From contig CALSCO010001386.1 of the NCBI GenBank assembly GCA_943704415.1, positions 1 through 64,000 on the forward strand: a stretch of 64,000 nucleotides of DNA, written 5' to 3'. Source of the stretch: Parvularia atlantis. Taxonomy: Eukaryota. The number at the start of each line of letters is the position of its first letter. Positions within the stretch are counted from its first letter, which is position 1. Below, one piece after another: positions 35,597-47,415 of the stretch. The notes beneath the pieces are model-generated. The model was given only the letters and a program-made list of their open reading frames with translations. It was not told the origin of the DNA and searched no databases. The position numbers and the translations under genes were made by a program.

Positions 35597-38500
35597 ATGG
35601 CCGACGACGGGCCGCCGCCATGCGCGGGATGCGCGCAGCCGATGTCGGGCAAGTTTGTGCGCGCGCTCGGCGGCGTGTGGCACCTGGCCTGCTTCACGTG
35701 CATCGTGCGTGGCTCCTGCCTGCGCCGATCGCCTGCCCCGATCGACCGCCGGGCTGATGCGCGCGGCGCACGGGCGGGCAGGACTGCGGCGCCGTCGTCG
35801 CCAACAAGTACTACGAGGCGGATGGCCGGCCCGTGTGCGAGCGCGACCACTTCCGCCGCCGGCGCCTGCTCTGTGCGCGTTGCGACGAGCCCATCCGCGG
35901 CGCGAGCCTGACCGCGCTCGAGCGCGCGTTTCACCCGGAGCACTTTGTGTGCAGCGCGTGCGGCACGGTGCGTGTGACACCCCGTCGCGCGCGCGTGCGC
36001 CGACTGCGTTGGCGCGCGTGCGCCTGCAGCGCCTCGTCGACCCCGACAGCGCCGACAGCGCCGTCTTCTACGAGCACACCAACCAACCGTACTGCCGCCT
36101 GCACTTCTCCGTCAGCTTCGCGCAACAGTGCGCCGCCTGCAACATGGCCATCCTGCGCCAGGTCGTCGACGACGGCCAGTGCCAGTGGCACGTCGACTGC
36201 TACAAGGTCTACCAGGTGCGCGGGACCGCAACTGTGCAGATGTCATAGCGACGCTCAACCGCGCGCGCACATGCACAGATATGGAATGTGAGCCTGCCAC
36301 CGCCACAGGACGTGCTGCAGGCGATCCCGCTGACAGACTGGGCGCGCGTCGACGAGGCCCGCGCCGCGTTCGAGCGCCTGCAAGTCGAGGTTGAGGAGCG
36401 CGTCAACAACACCTTCGCAGTCCTGTGGACGTTTGAGGAGGCCGTGGCGCACTGCATCGCCGAGACCGTCATCAGCTACGACGAGTACGACTTCGCGCGC
36501 GCGCCCGACCGCGCCCTCGCCATCGTCGCCTGCGCCGAGGTCCTGCTCAACGCGATGGACACGCTGGCGCTGCCCGGCATGGCCGATGACGGTGCGTGCG
36601 CCCCCCGCACGTGCGCGTGCGCACCGCTGGCTGACCCACCGCGCCAGACTGGGCGCAGTTCACCACCGCGATCGACCGCGCGCTGGAGTTTGTCGACCAG
36701 TCATACAAAACCTCGGCCACGATCCGGCGCCGGCAGGTCTGGCTGCTGCTGCACGCGCGACGACGGCCGCTCACACCGCGCGCGATCGCAGAACAACACC
36801 AAGGTTCTGCTTGAGTTTGCCACCGACGTCGCGCGCCACTTCAAGGCGACCATCCGCAAGTGCCTCGAGGTCGTGCTCGCGCAGGACAAGGGCCGCGTCA
36901 ACGCGCTCATGGACCAGTTTGTGGCGCTGCTGCGCGAGTCGTACCAGGGGTCGTCGTCGGTCGAGGTGCGGGCGCGCAAACACGGTGCCCCCCTCCCGCA
37001 GCTGCGCTGACGCCGCGAGCCACAGCACGCGTCGGCCGTCGTTGACTCGGCGCAGGTCAAGGAGCAGATCCTCGCGGGGCCGACGGGCCTCGTGTTTGGC
37101 GAGCGCCTCGTGCGCAAGCCGTTGCAACCGGCCGAGCCCGCAACACCGACGGTCGCCGGCGACCAGTACGAGCGCTCGAAGCCGACCTTTGTTGTCACGA
37201 CGCGGCCGCCGGGCGGGCGGCGCAACCGGCATATCGTCACACTGGTCGAGCTCGTCGAGAAGCGGCTCGGGTTTCTGCGCACGGCGCCGGCGATCGTCTA
37301 CGAGGACCGCGAGCCCGAGCAGAAAACAAGTGCGGTGCAGCGGCGGCGATGCAGCGACCGCTGACCCACTTGGCGTACGCGCGCCCCAGATGCAGTCGCC
37401 GCCGCGCAGACAAGCGAGCAGCAGGACGCGTACGAGTCGGACGACGACAACGACACCGACGCCGCAGCCAGTGCCGCCGCGACCGTCGCAGACGCCGTAC
37501 CGGCTGGCATGCGCGGCAGCGGCTCGCTCGCAAACCTCAGCATCCCCGAGGTCAGCGCGCAGCTGCAGTCGCCCGCGGCCGACGAGCCCAGCCTCCTCAG
37601 CCCGCGCACGCCCACAACGCCAAAGCAGCTCATCAACGACGACGCGGAGAGGCCGTCGGACGTCAACTCGATCCGCGAGTCGTTCAACCGCATGAGCATG
37701 TCGTCAACGGTGCGCCGCAAACGTAAGCGATGGACACCGCTCACGCGCCGGCGTGCTCTTCCACAGTTCAGCTTTCGCGTGCACATGCCGCCGCCGAGTG
37801 AGCAGGAGAAGCGCGTGCAGTATGTGGCTAACCTGTCGGCGATCGAGCTGATGATGGTGCGGCAAATGGCCGTGCTGCGCCTGTCGCAGCTGCTCGGGTG
37901 CGCCCTGCTGCCGCCGCTGCGGTGTTCGCGTGCTACTGACGGTCGGTCGCCTCCCCGCGCGCAGCAACCAGTACTCGCTCGGCGACATCATGAAGCTGAC
38001 GCAGGTGCAAGACCGCAAGCCGCTGCTGCAGCGCATCTTCCAGAGCTTCCGCGTCAACCGCAAGAAGCGCGGTGCGCCGTGCATGCTCTGACACGCTCAC
38101 CAGCGGCTGACGCGCACGTTGTGCCCGCCAGAGTCGAGCGCGTTTGGCATGTCGCTCGAGGAGGCTGTGGAGCGCTCGGGTGTGGACTCGAGCCTGGGCG
38201 TGGGCCCTGCGAGCTTGCGCATCCCTGTGCTGATCGAGAAGACGATCAACTACATGGACAAGCACGGTGCGCCTGCGTGCAAGCACACCGCGCGTGCGCG
38301 TTGCCGACGCCCGCCGGCACGCAGGGCTCAACCAAGAGGGCCTGTTTCGCAAGTCGGGCAGCGCCAAGCGCATCAACGAGCTGCGCGAGCAGTTCTCGAA
38401 GGGCGCGGACGTGTCTCGCGTGGACCTGTCGCAGGCGTCGCCGCTCGACGTCGCCGCGCTGATCAAGCGCTACTTCCGCGAGCTGTCCGAGCCGCTGCTC

Positions 38501-39182
38501 ACATTCAACTTCTTCGACCTGTTTATGGCGTCGCAACGTGCGCGTCGCGGCGAGGCGCGGGCGGAGCTGACGCGACGCGGCGCGCGCAGAGTTCGAGGAC
38601 AAGAAGATCCGCAACGAAATCATCCATCTGCTGCTCCTGCTGCTGCCCAAGGCGCACCGCGACGTGGTGGAGGTGTGTGCCGCCTGTACGCCCAGTCTCG
38701 TGTTTTGACGGTGCGCGCAGGTGTTCATGGCGTTCCTCAAGCGCGTGGCGCAGCATGCGCACGCGTCGGCCACGGGCGGCCAGCCGGGCAACCTCATGAC
38801 CGAGGCCAACCTGGCTGTGTGCCTCGCGCCGTCGCTGCTCATCGCGCGCACGGCCGACCGCGACGCCGACGACGGCGACCACCGCAAGACGGGCGCGCAC
38901 TCCGCCGCGGCGCTGTCGCAGTCGGCCATCGGCTCGACGTTCCTCACACCGACGACGCCAACGACGCCGTCGGTGTCGGACGTGTCGGACGTGTTCCGCG
39001 CGAGCGAGCGCCAGAACAGCCTCGCGATCAGCGTCGTAACGTCAATGATCAAGCACCACCTCGTTTTTGCCAAGGTGCGCGCCCGCGACGTTGCCGCCCT
39101 GGTCTTGATGCGGGTGCGCACACAGGTGCCCGACCACATCGCCGCGCAGCTCGTCAAGCCCAAGCAGATGATGGGTCTCTGA
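35597..39182 (+). CDS. LIM-domain RhoGAP (fungal Lrg1/Rga1-like)
   Basis: CAGCAQPMSGKFVRALGGVWHLACFTC, CERDHFRR, FHPEHFVCS, YCRLHFS, WHVDCY..WNV; FGMSL, EGLFRKSG, LIKRYFRELSEPLLTF, NLMTEANLAVCLAPSL. Confidence 0.9.
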
Positions 39183-39251
39183 CCTGCTGTCGCGCCCGCC
39201 TGCTACTGTTACCACTGCTGTTGCTGCGTTCCCACAGACACATGAGCGATC

Positions 39252-39786
39252 TCAGAGGCTGTGCTCCTTGGCGCCGCGCGTGAACCATTCGAGCCGCGTG
39301 AGCACGTAGAAGCGCGCGACGCCAAAGAGCACGATCGCACCGACGAGCGACACGCTGCCGTCGAGCCGCAGCGGCGCGCCAATGGCGTAGCACAGGTGGA
39401 TGACCACGGGCGCGACCGTGATCTCGCCCGCGAGCATGGCCCAGTACGTGAGGCGCTGCGCGATGAACTTGTGCTCGGCCGGGACGACGAGCGTGAGGAC
39501 GAGCAGGGCCGATTGCATCAGCATCTGCGCGCGCACGCGCGCGTGGCGCCGTCAGCGTGCCGGCTTCGAGACGGTCAATCGCGTGAGCACACACCATCGC
39601 GCCAAAGAGACCGAGGATAAGCCCGCCGAGCAGCACGGCGTCGTCGTTGGCGCGCAGGCGCTCGTTCAGCAGCGGCGCGAGCATGAGCTGCGGGCGCAGG
39701 ATGTACACGAGGCCGATGATCGTGCTCAACACGGCCTCGCCCGCCAGCAGCCGCTCGACAACGGGCGGTTTCGGAGGAGGCGCCAT
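39252..39786 (-). CDS. Small four-TM membrane protein of unknown function
   Basis: Two exons giving four hydrophobic segments; one GT-AG intron. Confidence 0.65.
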
Positions 39787-39825
39787 ATGTATGAGACGAT
39801 TAGCGCTGAACGGGAGCAGTTGCTA

Positions 39826-42333
39826 ATGGACGCGTATGCAGAGTGGCTGAAGGCCGTCGGGTCTGCGGCGCCCGGTGCGTCGCCTCGTGGGCGCGGCCGC
39901 GCGGCTGCTGCTGGCTGACGCGCGGGTGCAGCGGCCGGTTCGTGGTACACCGCGCCAGCCGGGCCAGCCACGCAGCCGCAGCCGCAGCCGCAGCCGCCGC
40001 CGCCGCAGCAGCAGCAGGCCGCGAGCTACCCGAGCCTGCCGTACCCGTACTACAGCGCGGCCACGGTGGTGCAGCCCGCGACGTACGCCTACGCGCCGTA
40101 CGCGGCGCAGGCGGGCGGCCCGGCGGCGGGCGGCCCGGTGGGCGTCAACGGCGTGTACCATGGCGGGTGCGCGGCTCAGGCGGCGTCACGCACGCGCTCG
40201 CGTGTCTGACGCGTCTCGTAGGACGTACGCGTCCTACAGCGCGCCGCGGACGGGCGGGACGTACTACACGGTCCCACCGGTGGCGCCGTCCAAGGCAGCG
40301 ACGTCGACGGCAGCAGCACCGCCACCACCACCACCACCACCGTCGAAGCCGTCGTACAACGCCGTGCCCCCGCCGCCACCGCCCTCGCCGCCAAAGTGCG
40401 GCTGCAGCCGCGACGGCCAGGACGCTCACGCCACGCGCCGCAGACCGCAGGGGCCGCCGTCCAAGAAGGACTGGCCCGAGCCGCTCAAGTAAGCGCACGC
40501 GCACGTGTGCAGCCGCGCGCGCGGGCGGGCTGAATGGCGTTTGGCAGGGACTACGTGACGCGCTCGATCGCGCAGGCGCGGGGCGCGGCGGACGAGACGT
40601 TTGTGCAGGAGGCGCTCAACAAGCTGCTGAGCCAGGTGTACGCGTCCGGGCGGTTCCTGTCGCACCCGTGGGCGACCGAGAAGACGCCGATGTGCGCGCC
40701 AATCATTTTGGTGCCACTACTGCCGTCGCTCATGCCCGCCGTGCGCAGCGAGAAGCGCACCGAGGAGCAGGAGCGCGAGCTGCAGCGCCTGCAGGAGATG
40801 AAGGCGCGCGGCGGCGGCAGCAGCGTGCATCGCAGATCGGCTGATGCCGCAGCCTCGCGCAGACCGCGAGCGCCAAAGCCAAGGCGCTCGCACAGCAGTC
40901 CAGGGCCTCGCCGTCCAAGGCCGCGGCCAAGATCAAGCGCAAAGCGTGCGTGCGCAGAGAGAGAGAGATGCGTTGCTGCGAGTGACGGGGTGCTCACGGC
41001 CCGCCGCAGCGAGCAGGCCGTTGCGCAGCTGGAGGAGTCGGGCGCGAGCGAGGAGCGCTTCGAGAGGCGCAACAAACGCTTCCAGAAGGAGGGTGTGCGC
41101 TCGTTCTTGGGCAGCAAGTCATCCGAGTTTGTGATCGTGCGTCGGTGCGCGGCGCGGCGCCGTGCGCATCTGACGTCGTGTGCAGGACGACGAGGGGTGG
41201 ACGGCCGAGGCGATCGTGGGCACGTCGACCGTGCTCGAGAAGCGCTACTTCCGGCTGACCTCGGTGCGTGCGCGTGCGGCGCGCGAAGGCTGCCGTGCCC
41301 ATCGTGCGCGCGTGTGCAGGCGCCGAAGCCCGAGGACGTGCGCCCCCTGCCCATACTCAAGCAGACGCTCGAGCTGCTCAAGAGCAAGTGGTCACGCGAC
41401 GGCGACTACACCTACATCTGCGACCAGTTCAAGTCGATGCGGCAGGACTTGACGGCACGCGCCGCCTTTTTGCCGCGCGCACATGCGGCGGTCTGACGCA
41501 CCGGCCACAGGTGCAGCACCTGCGCAACGACTTCACGGCCAAGGTGTACGAGGCGCACGCGCGGATAGCGCTCGAAAAGGTGCGGCGGCGCACATGCAGG
41601 CAGTCTCGGCTGACGAGGGCCGCGGGCAGGGCGACCTGGGCGAGTTCAACCAGTGCCAGACGCAGCTCAAGATCTTGTACGACGACGGCATCCCGGGCAG
41701 CCGCAACGAGTTTACGGCGTACCGGCTGCTGTGCGCGGCGGCCGTGCGTGGCAGGACGGCCGGCTGATAGCGCGGCGCACAGGTACTTTCTGCTCGCGCG
41801 CGACCGCGCCGACATCAACAAGATGCTGGCCGAGCTCGCGCCGGAGGACAAGGCCGCACCCGAGGTCGCGCACGCGCTGCAAGTGCGCGCGGCCATCGCC
41901 GCGGGCGACTATCGTCGCGTCTGCGACCTGTACGTCAAGGCGCCGGCGATGGGCGCGTACGTGATGGACCACTACATCGAGCGCGAGCGCGTGCTGGGCC
42001 TGTGCGCGATCTGCAAAGCGTGCGTGTGCGCCTGCGGTCGTGCCGACCGCCGCACCTGACGCCCGCGCCACAGCTACCGCCCGGATTTGCTCGTGCAGTA
42101 CATCGAGAAGCAGATGCAGCTCGGGTCGCCCGAGGCGGCGCTGCAGTTTCTAGAGTCGTGCGGCGCCGTCTTCACCGACACGAGGTTTGTGTGCGCGCAC
42201 AAAGTGAGACGCGTGCGCGGCTGACACGGCTCGCGTCCGCAGCAAAACGACGCTCGACACGAAGCAGTCGCTCGTTGCCGTGCTCACAAAGGCCTCGGCG
42301 TACACCAAGGTCGACATCCGCGGGCAGCTGTGA
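39826..42333 (+). CDS. LENG8: Thp3/LENG8 SAC3-GANP/PCI protein (alternative ATG at 39787)
   Basis: [77 protein letters not shown]-terminal KVDIRGQL. Confidence 0.93.
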
Positions 42334-42374
42334 CATGCGGCTGTACAAAAACATGATGCATTGCGAGCGGGCGG

Positions 42375-42998
42375 CTATGCGGCGCGGTCGCGCTGGAGCC
42401 CGAGCGGGGCGTGGTCGCGGCGCCCCTCGGTAGCGGCCACGGCTGCCGCGGTTGTGTCGTCGCCCTCGAGCCAGCCCCACCGGGCCCGCGCGGCAAACAC
42501 GGTGAACTCGTACACGGTGAAGATGAGCGCGCTGCGCGAGACGGAGCTGATCAGCTTGGGCTGGATGCCCTTGTAGAAGCCGAAGAAGCCCTCACGCTGC
42601 CACAGGTCGCGCGCGATGCCGAGCACGGGCCGCCGCTCCGGTATGGCCTGCAGCCTGTGCGCGCGTGCTTGGTTGCTCGCTTTGCATCAAGCACGGCGCA
42701 CAGCACCGTGTCTTGACGACGTCGAGCGGCGTGAACGCAAGGGTGGTCAGCAGGCCCGAGAACGCGCCGGCGGTGGCGTGCACGGCGGGCGAGGACGTGT
42801 CGAGGCCAAACAACGGGCCGAAGAGGTGCTTGCTGCGCTCGCTCGCGAGCCACCAAAAGGACGATGCCGGCACCGCCACGAGCATGGTCAGGGCCGTCCC
42901 GCGGAACAGGCCGCGCACGCCCTCCTCGCGCACGATGTCGCGCAGGATGCCCGCGGCGCTGACGGGTTGCGCGCTCGCGGGCTGCGCCGGCCGTGCTA

Positions 42999-43033
<35 letters not shown>

Positions 43034-43812
43034 GTAACAACGCCGTGCACCTGCAGCCGCTGGCTGACGATGTCCACAGGCACGTACAGCGCGATCGAGA
43101 CCACATCGACGATCAGGCTCGACGCGACAAACGCCGCCACTGCGCCCGCGCGCGTCAGCCGTCGCGCGGCAGCCGTGCCGTCGGGCCACGCACGCGGGTG
43201 CTCGCGCCCAAAGTCGCTCTGCGTCAGCCGCTCACGCGTCATCGTGTAGGCGTAGTAGTAGCTGTAGCGCGCGCATGTGTGAGACGGCCATCGGGCGCGG
43301 ACGCCGGGGGCGCCGCACGCAGTGTCGAACGGGATGTGGCTGACGTTCCACCACCAAAAGCCGCGGTACAGCGCCAGGAAGCCCTCGCGCCGGTACAGCG
43401 CGCGCATCTGCGCCGACAGGCTCGGCTCCTGCGCGGCGTCTGCGTCAGGCGCGCCGCACGCGTTCGAAACGCGCGGCCGCCGCACCCGCCCGACGCGCAG
43501 CGGGTTCGCGTCCGTCACGGCCTGGCGCGAGCTGCGCGCGCCCACGCGCCCACCCGTCAGCCGTGTGCCCGCGTCCTGCTCACACAGGCCGCACCGCATG
43601 AGGTCGAACGGGTAGAAGACGGACGAGTCGAGCAGGCCGACGAGCGTCGACACTACGAAGAACTTGCCCGGGTGCACGTCGGCCGGCGGCCTGCCGTCCT
43701 GCTCCTCCACGCCGGCCGCTGCGGGCGTGCGCGGCCTGCGGTGCCGCAACCCCGTCGGGCCGCGCACGTGCGCCGAGGCAGCCGCTGCGCACCGCTCGAC
43801 CTCCGCCGGCAT
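42375..43812 (-). CDS. Mitochondrial carrier (SLC25A44-like)
   Basis: Three carrier motifs YPFDLMR, VPVDIVSQRLQ, TPLDVVKTR; EGFLALYRG, EGVRGLFRG, EGFFGFYKG. Confidence 0.9.
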
Positions 43813-43874
43813 ACCCGCCGCCTTGCGCGCCACGCGCCGTACCCGGTAGTGTGTGCGTGTGTGCGCAGCCCTCC

Positions 43875-44537
43875 ATGCTGCCTGTTCCGCGGTCCAGCAT
43901 GACGCCGCACGAGCACGCGGCCGGCGTGACCGTGATCAGCGCGGCCGGCGCGGACGACGACGGCGCCGGCGCCGCGGGCGACGAGTTCTACATGGCACTC
44001 GCGCTCAGCCTTGCGCGCCTGTGTGAGCCCGTCGACTCGGCGTACTGCGTCGGCGCCGTGCTCGAGCGCGCCGGGGCCATCGTCGCCACGGGCTTCAGCC
44101 GCGAGCTGCCCGGCAATACACACGCCGAGGAGGTCTGCCTGCTCAAGGTCGCCGACGCCGACGGCCGCGTCGACGCCCGCGGCTGCACCCTCTACACGAC
44201 CATGGAGCCGTGCTCACGCCGCCTCTCGGGCAAGTGCCCGTGCACCGTGCGCCTCATCGACGCCGGCATCTGCCGCGTCGTCGTCGCCGTGCGCGAGCCG
44301 CCGACGTTCGTGGCCGACTGCACCGGTGCGTGTGCACGCGCGCCCGCTGCGTCGCGTGATCGGCCGACCCGCACGGCGCGCACAGGCTGCGAGGACCTGC
44401 GCCGCGCGGGGATAGAGATCGGCTTCTGCGAAAAGTTCGCGCCCGAGGCGCTCGCGCTCAACCGGCATGTGCTGCCGCCAGGGCTGTTCGACGCCGTGGC
44501 CGCGCGGGCGGCCACAGGGCCAGGCGGGCCAGCATAG
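43875..44537 (+). CDS. Stand-alone Rib2-type pyrimidine (riboflavin pathway) deaminase, CDA superfamily
   Basis: GFSRELPGNTHAEE, LYTTMEPCSRRLSGKCPC, REPPTFV; the ATG may be 43899. Confidence 0.82.
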   Translation: MLPVPRSSMTPHEHAAGVTVISAAGADDDGAGAAGDEFYMALALSLARLCEPVDSAYCVGAVLERAGAIVATGFSRELPGNTHAEEVCLLKVADADGRVDARGCTLYTTMEPCSRRLSGKCPCTVRLIDAGICRVVVAVREPPTFVADCTGACARAPAASRDRPTRTARTGCEDLRRAGIEIGFCEKFAPEALALNRHVLPPGLFDAVAARAATGPGGPA

Positions 44538-44573
44538 CCTCATCGCCTCACCATCGATGTGTCTGTACAGCTC

Positions 44574-45694
44574 TCATCGTACAAACCGCGTCGTCCGGGC
44601 GTACGTGGCCGGGTCGCGGAACGTCTGCGCGGCCGCGCGCGGTCACGACCAAGCGCAGCCCGCCGCAGCGCACCCTGGTGATGCTCTGGCACAGCTCGTC
44701 GAAGGGCGTGTCCAGCGCGCCCTTCTGCACGCTCACGACAAAGTCGTAGCCTGGGCGCGGCGCGAACCCGGTCAGCGCTGCGAGCGAGCCGGGCTGCGGC
44801 GCACCCGCGCGCGCGTGCGTCTGCGACAGGCGGACGGCCTCGCGCAGCCGGCGGCGCGCCCGGTTGCGCACGACGGCGTTGACCGGCATCTGCTTCTTGG
44901 TCACAATCACGTTGATGCGCGCAAACGCGTCTGCGGTGCGAGCGCCAGCGTGAGGCGCGGGCGCGCACGGACAAGCCGCGCAGCGCACGGTTGCCCTTCC
45001 TCTTCCGCACGCGCATGATGTAGGCGGACGACGACGCGGCCGGCCACCCGCGGTTCAAGTCGATCAGCGTGCCAAGGTCGAGCTTGGCCGGCGCAAACAG
45101 GCGCGGCGGACCGGCCTTGGCGGCAGCGAGGCGGCGCTTCGTGGCCCACTTGAGCTCCTTGTGCTCCTTGCGCAGCTGCAGCTGCAGCCGGACGCGGTTC
45201 CACCGGTTCCGCAGCGACGGCTGCTTGCGCGGCGCGAGCGGCACCGGCCGTGGCTGCACCTGCTGCGGTCTGGTGGCGGCCGGCGGTCTGGTGGCGGTCG
45301 GCGGCTTGCGCCATCGCTGCGGTTGCGGCGGCAGCGGCTGGTGTTGCGGGAGCGTGATCCTCGGCGGTTGCTGCGGCAGCGGCTGCAGAGGCGGTTGCGG
45401 TTGCGGAGATGGCGGCCTCGGCTGCTGCTGCAGTAGCGGTGGCGGCCTCGATGGCTGTCGCGGCAGTGGCGGTGGCGGCCTCGATGGCTGTCGCGGCAGT
45501 GGCTTCAATGCTCTCAATGGCTGCTGCTGTTGCGGCGGCCCTGACTGCCACGGCCTCGCCTGCTGTCCATCGATGCGCTGCCCGTCCGGACGTGGTCCGT
45601 CGACGCGTGGGCCCGGCTGCCATCGCGGCGGCGGGGGCGGCGGCGGCGGCGGCCTGGACGCGGTCGCGAAGCCACGCAGGGCGCGCGTCACCAT
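44574..45694 (-). CDS. rnpA: Bacterial-type ribonuclease P protein (RnpA), predicted mitochondrial
   Basis: Spliced: RINVIVTKKQMPVNAVVRNRARRRLREAVRL..G|YDFVVSVQKGALDTPFDELCQSITR (RNR motif); N-terminal MVTRALRGFATASR presequence; 3 GT-AG introns. Confidence 0.87.
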
Positions 45695-45726
45695 TCCAAC
45701 CCCCAAACAGGCGGCAGGTGTGGCGG

Positions 45727-47389
45727 ATGCTCATCACCCCGACGCCGGCGACCGTGCGTTGCGCCCTGCGCCCCGTGCCGCGCCCGCTCACGCCGCGCCG
45801 CAGGAGATCGAGGCGCGCAATCGCGCACGGCTCGAGTCGATCGTGCGCAACCGCGAGACGGGCGAGGAGCTCAAGAATGGTCCGGCGCCGCTGCTCTCGC
45901 CTGCGCGCGTCCAAACGCTGACAGACGCGCGCAGACCTGTACACCGTTGTCACGTTCGAGAGCTCGTCGCAGCAGTTCCTGCGCACGGGCTCCACCGAGA
46001 AGTTTCGCATCTACCTGGGCGCGCCCAACGACCTCAAGGACACGAAGGCGCGCGGCATCATCGTCGCCAAGGACGCGATGTACGAGGGCATCATCGACGA
46101 CTATGCCCTGCTCAACAAGTACGCCAGCAAGGACAAGGTCCCGCCGGGCGAGAAGAAGCCTGTGCGGGCCCGCGTCGCGCGCGCGCGCGCGCGCATCGGC
46201 CAACCGCGCCGCGACCGCAGTTCAACTATATCCAGAACATCATCACGGCGCTGTGCAAGGAGGACCAGGACAAGCTGCGCGCGGAGCTGCACCGCGACAG
46301 CGGGCCCACGCCCTACACGAGCGTCGACGCCGAGTGCGTGCACCCGCGTGCGCGTGGCTGGCGCTGATCGCCCCGGCGCAGCGACACCGACGAGTTGGCC
46401 ACGCCCGAGGACGGCGCGCGCGTGAGCGAGATTCTGTACGAGAACCAGCGCAGCCTCGTCGTGGGCGACTACTCGTCCAACTACCTCATCCCGATTCTCG
46501 ACCGCTGCGGGCCCTGGTGCGATGTCAAGGTGTGCGCGGCGTCACTCGCCGATGTTTGCGTTGACCCGTGGCGGCCAGGGCAACCCGCGCACGAAGGAGG
46601 ACGTGCAGCTGCCGAGCGAGAGCTGGCAGTGGGTGGGCGACTGGCACGCAGACACGCCCCGGCCGGGCGTGGATGACGACGGCTGGGAGGTGCGCGCACA
46701 CCCCCCGCGGCCGCGCAAGCGTGTGACAGAGCGCGACCGGCCAGTACGCGTTCAACTGGAACATGACGTGGTCCGGGTCGCGCGGCGTGACATCGTACGT
46801 GCGGCGGCGACGCTACGTCCGCGAGCGTGTCTACCACGGTGCGCACGGGCCGAGTGCTACTGCAATGGCTGACGATGCAGGCAGAGCCGAGCAAGGTGAG
46901 CGACGCGGGCGTTGCGAGCCAGCCAGCAGCGGCGCCAGCGGCCCACGACGAGCACGACCAGTCACCCGTGCGCTCATCTGCGACTGCTGCCGGATGAGTG
47001 TCGTCGTCTGACGCACGCGCGCTTAGGCACCAACGGTGATCGTGCCCAACTTCCGCGCCATCGTCCGGGCCGCGCGCGGTCTCGTGAATTCGCCGACGCT
47101 GCCGCCCGCCTCGCCGCCGGCCCAGCCCAGCACGTGCGCGCGCGTCTGCACGACGAGCGTGCGCGTGGTGTGACGGCGGCGCGCACGCAGGCTCAGCAAG
47201 CCGGCGCTGGGCGTGCACGAGCCGCTGCGCCCATCGGCCGTGACGTTGAGCATCGAAATCGCCGTCGTGGTGCTGCTGGCGCTCGCCACCGTGCTCACTG
47301 TCGTCATGCTCTTCCAGCTCGGCGCGCTCGAGAGCGAGGTCGCGCAGCTGGGCACGCTCATTGGCCAGCAGCAGCACCACCACCACTGA
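45727..47389 (+). CDS. Dysferlin (DysF/Pex24-type) domain protein with C-terminal TM anchor
   Basis: LYENQR..DR..WCD, LPSESWQWVGDW..VDDDGWE|YAFNW..YVRRRRYVR; hydrophobic IAVVVLLALATVLTVVMLF near the stop. Confidence 0.8.
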
Positions 47390-47415
47390 GCCGCCACCCT
47401 GTTTTTTTTCCCTTC

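Noticed and set aside
44574..45694. rnpA as bacterial contamination
   Set aside because: It has three host-type spliceosomal introns and a presequence, and sits seamlessly between eukaryotic genes
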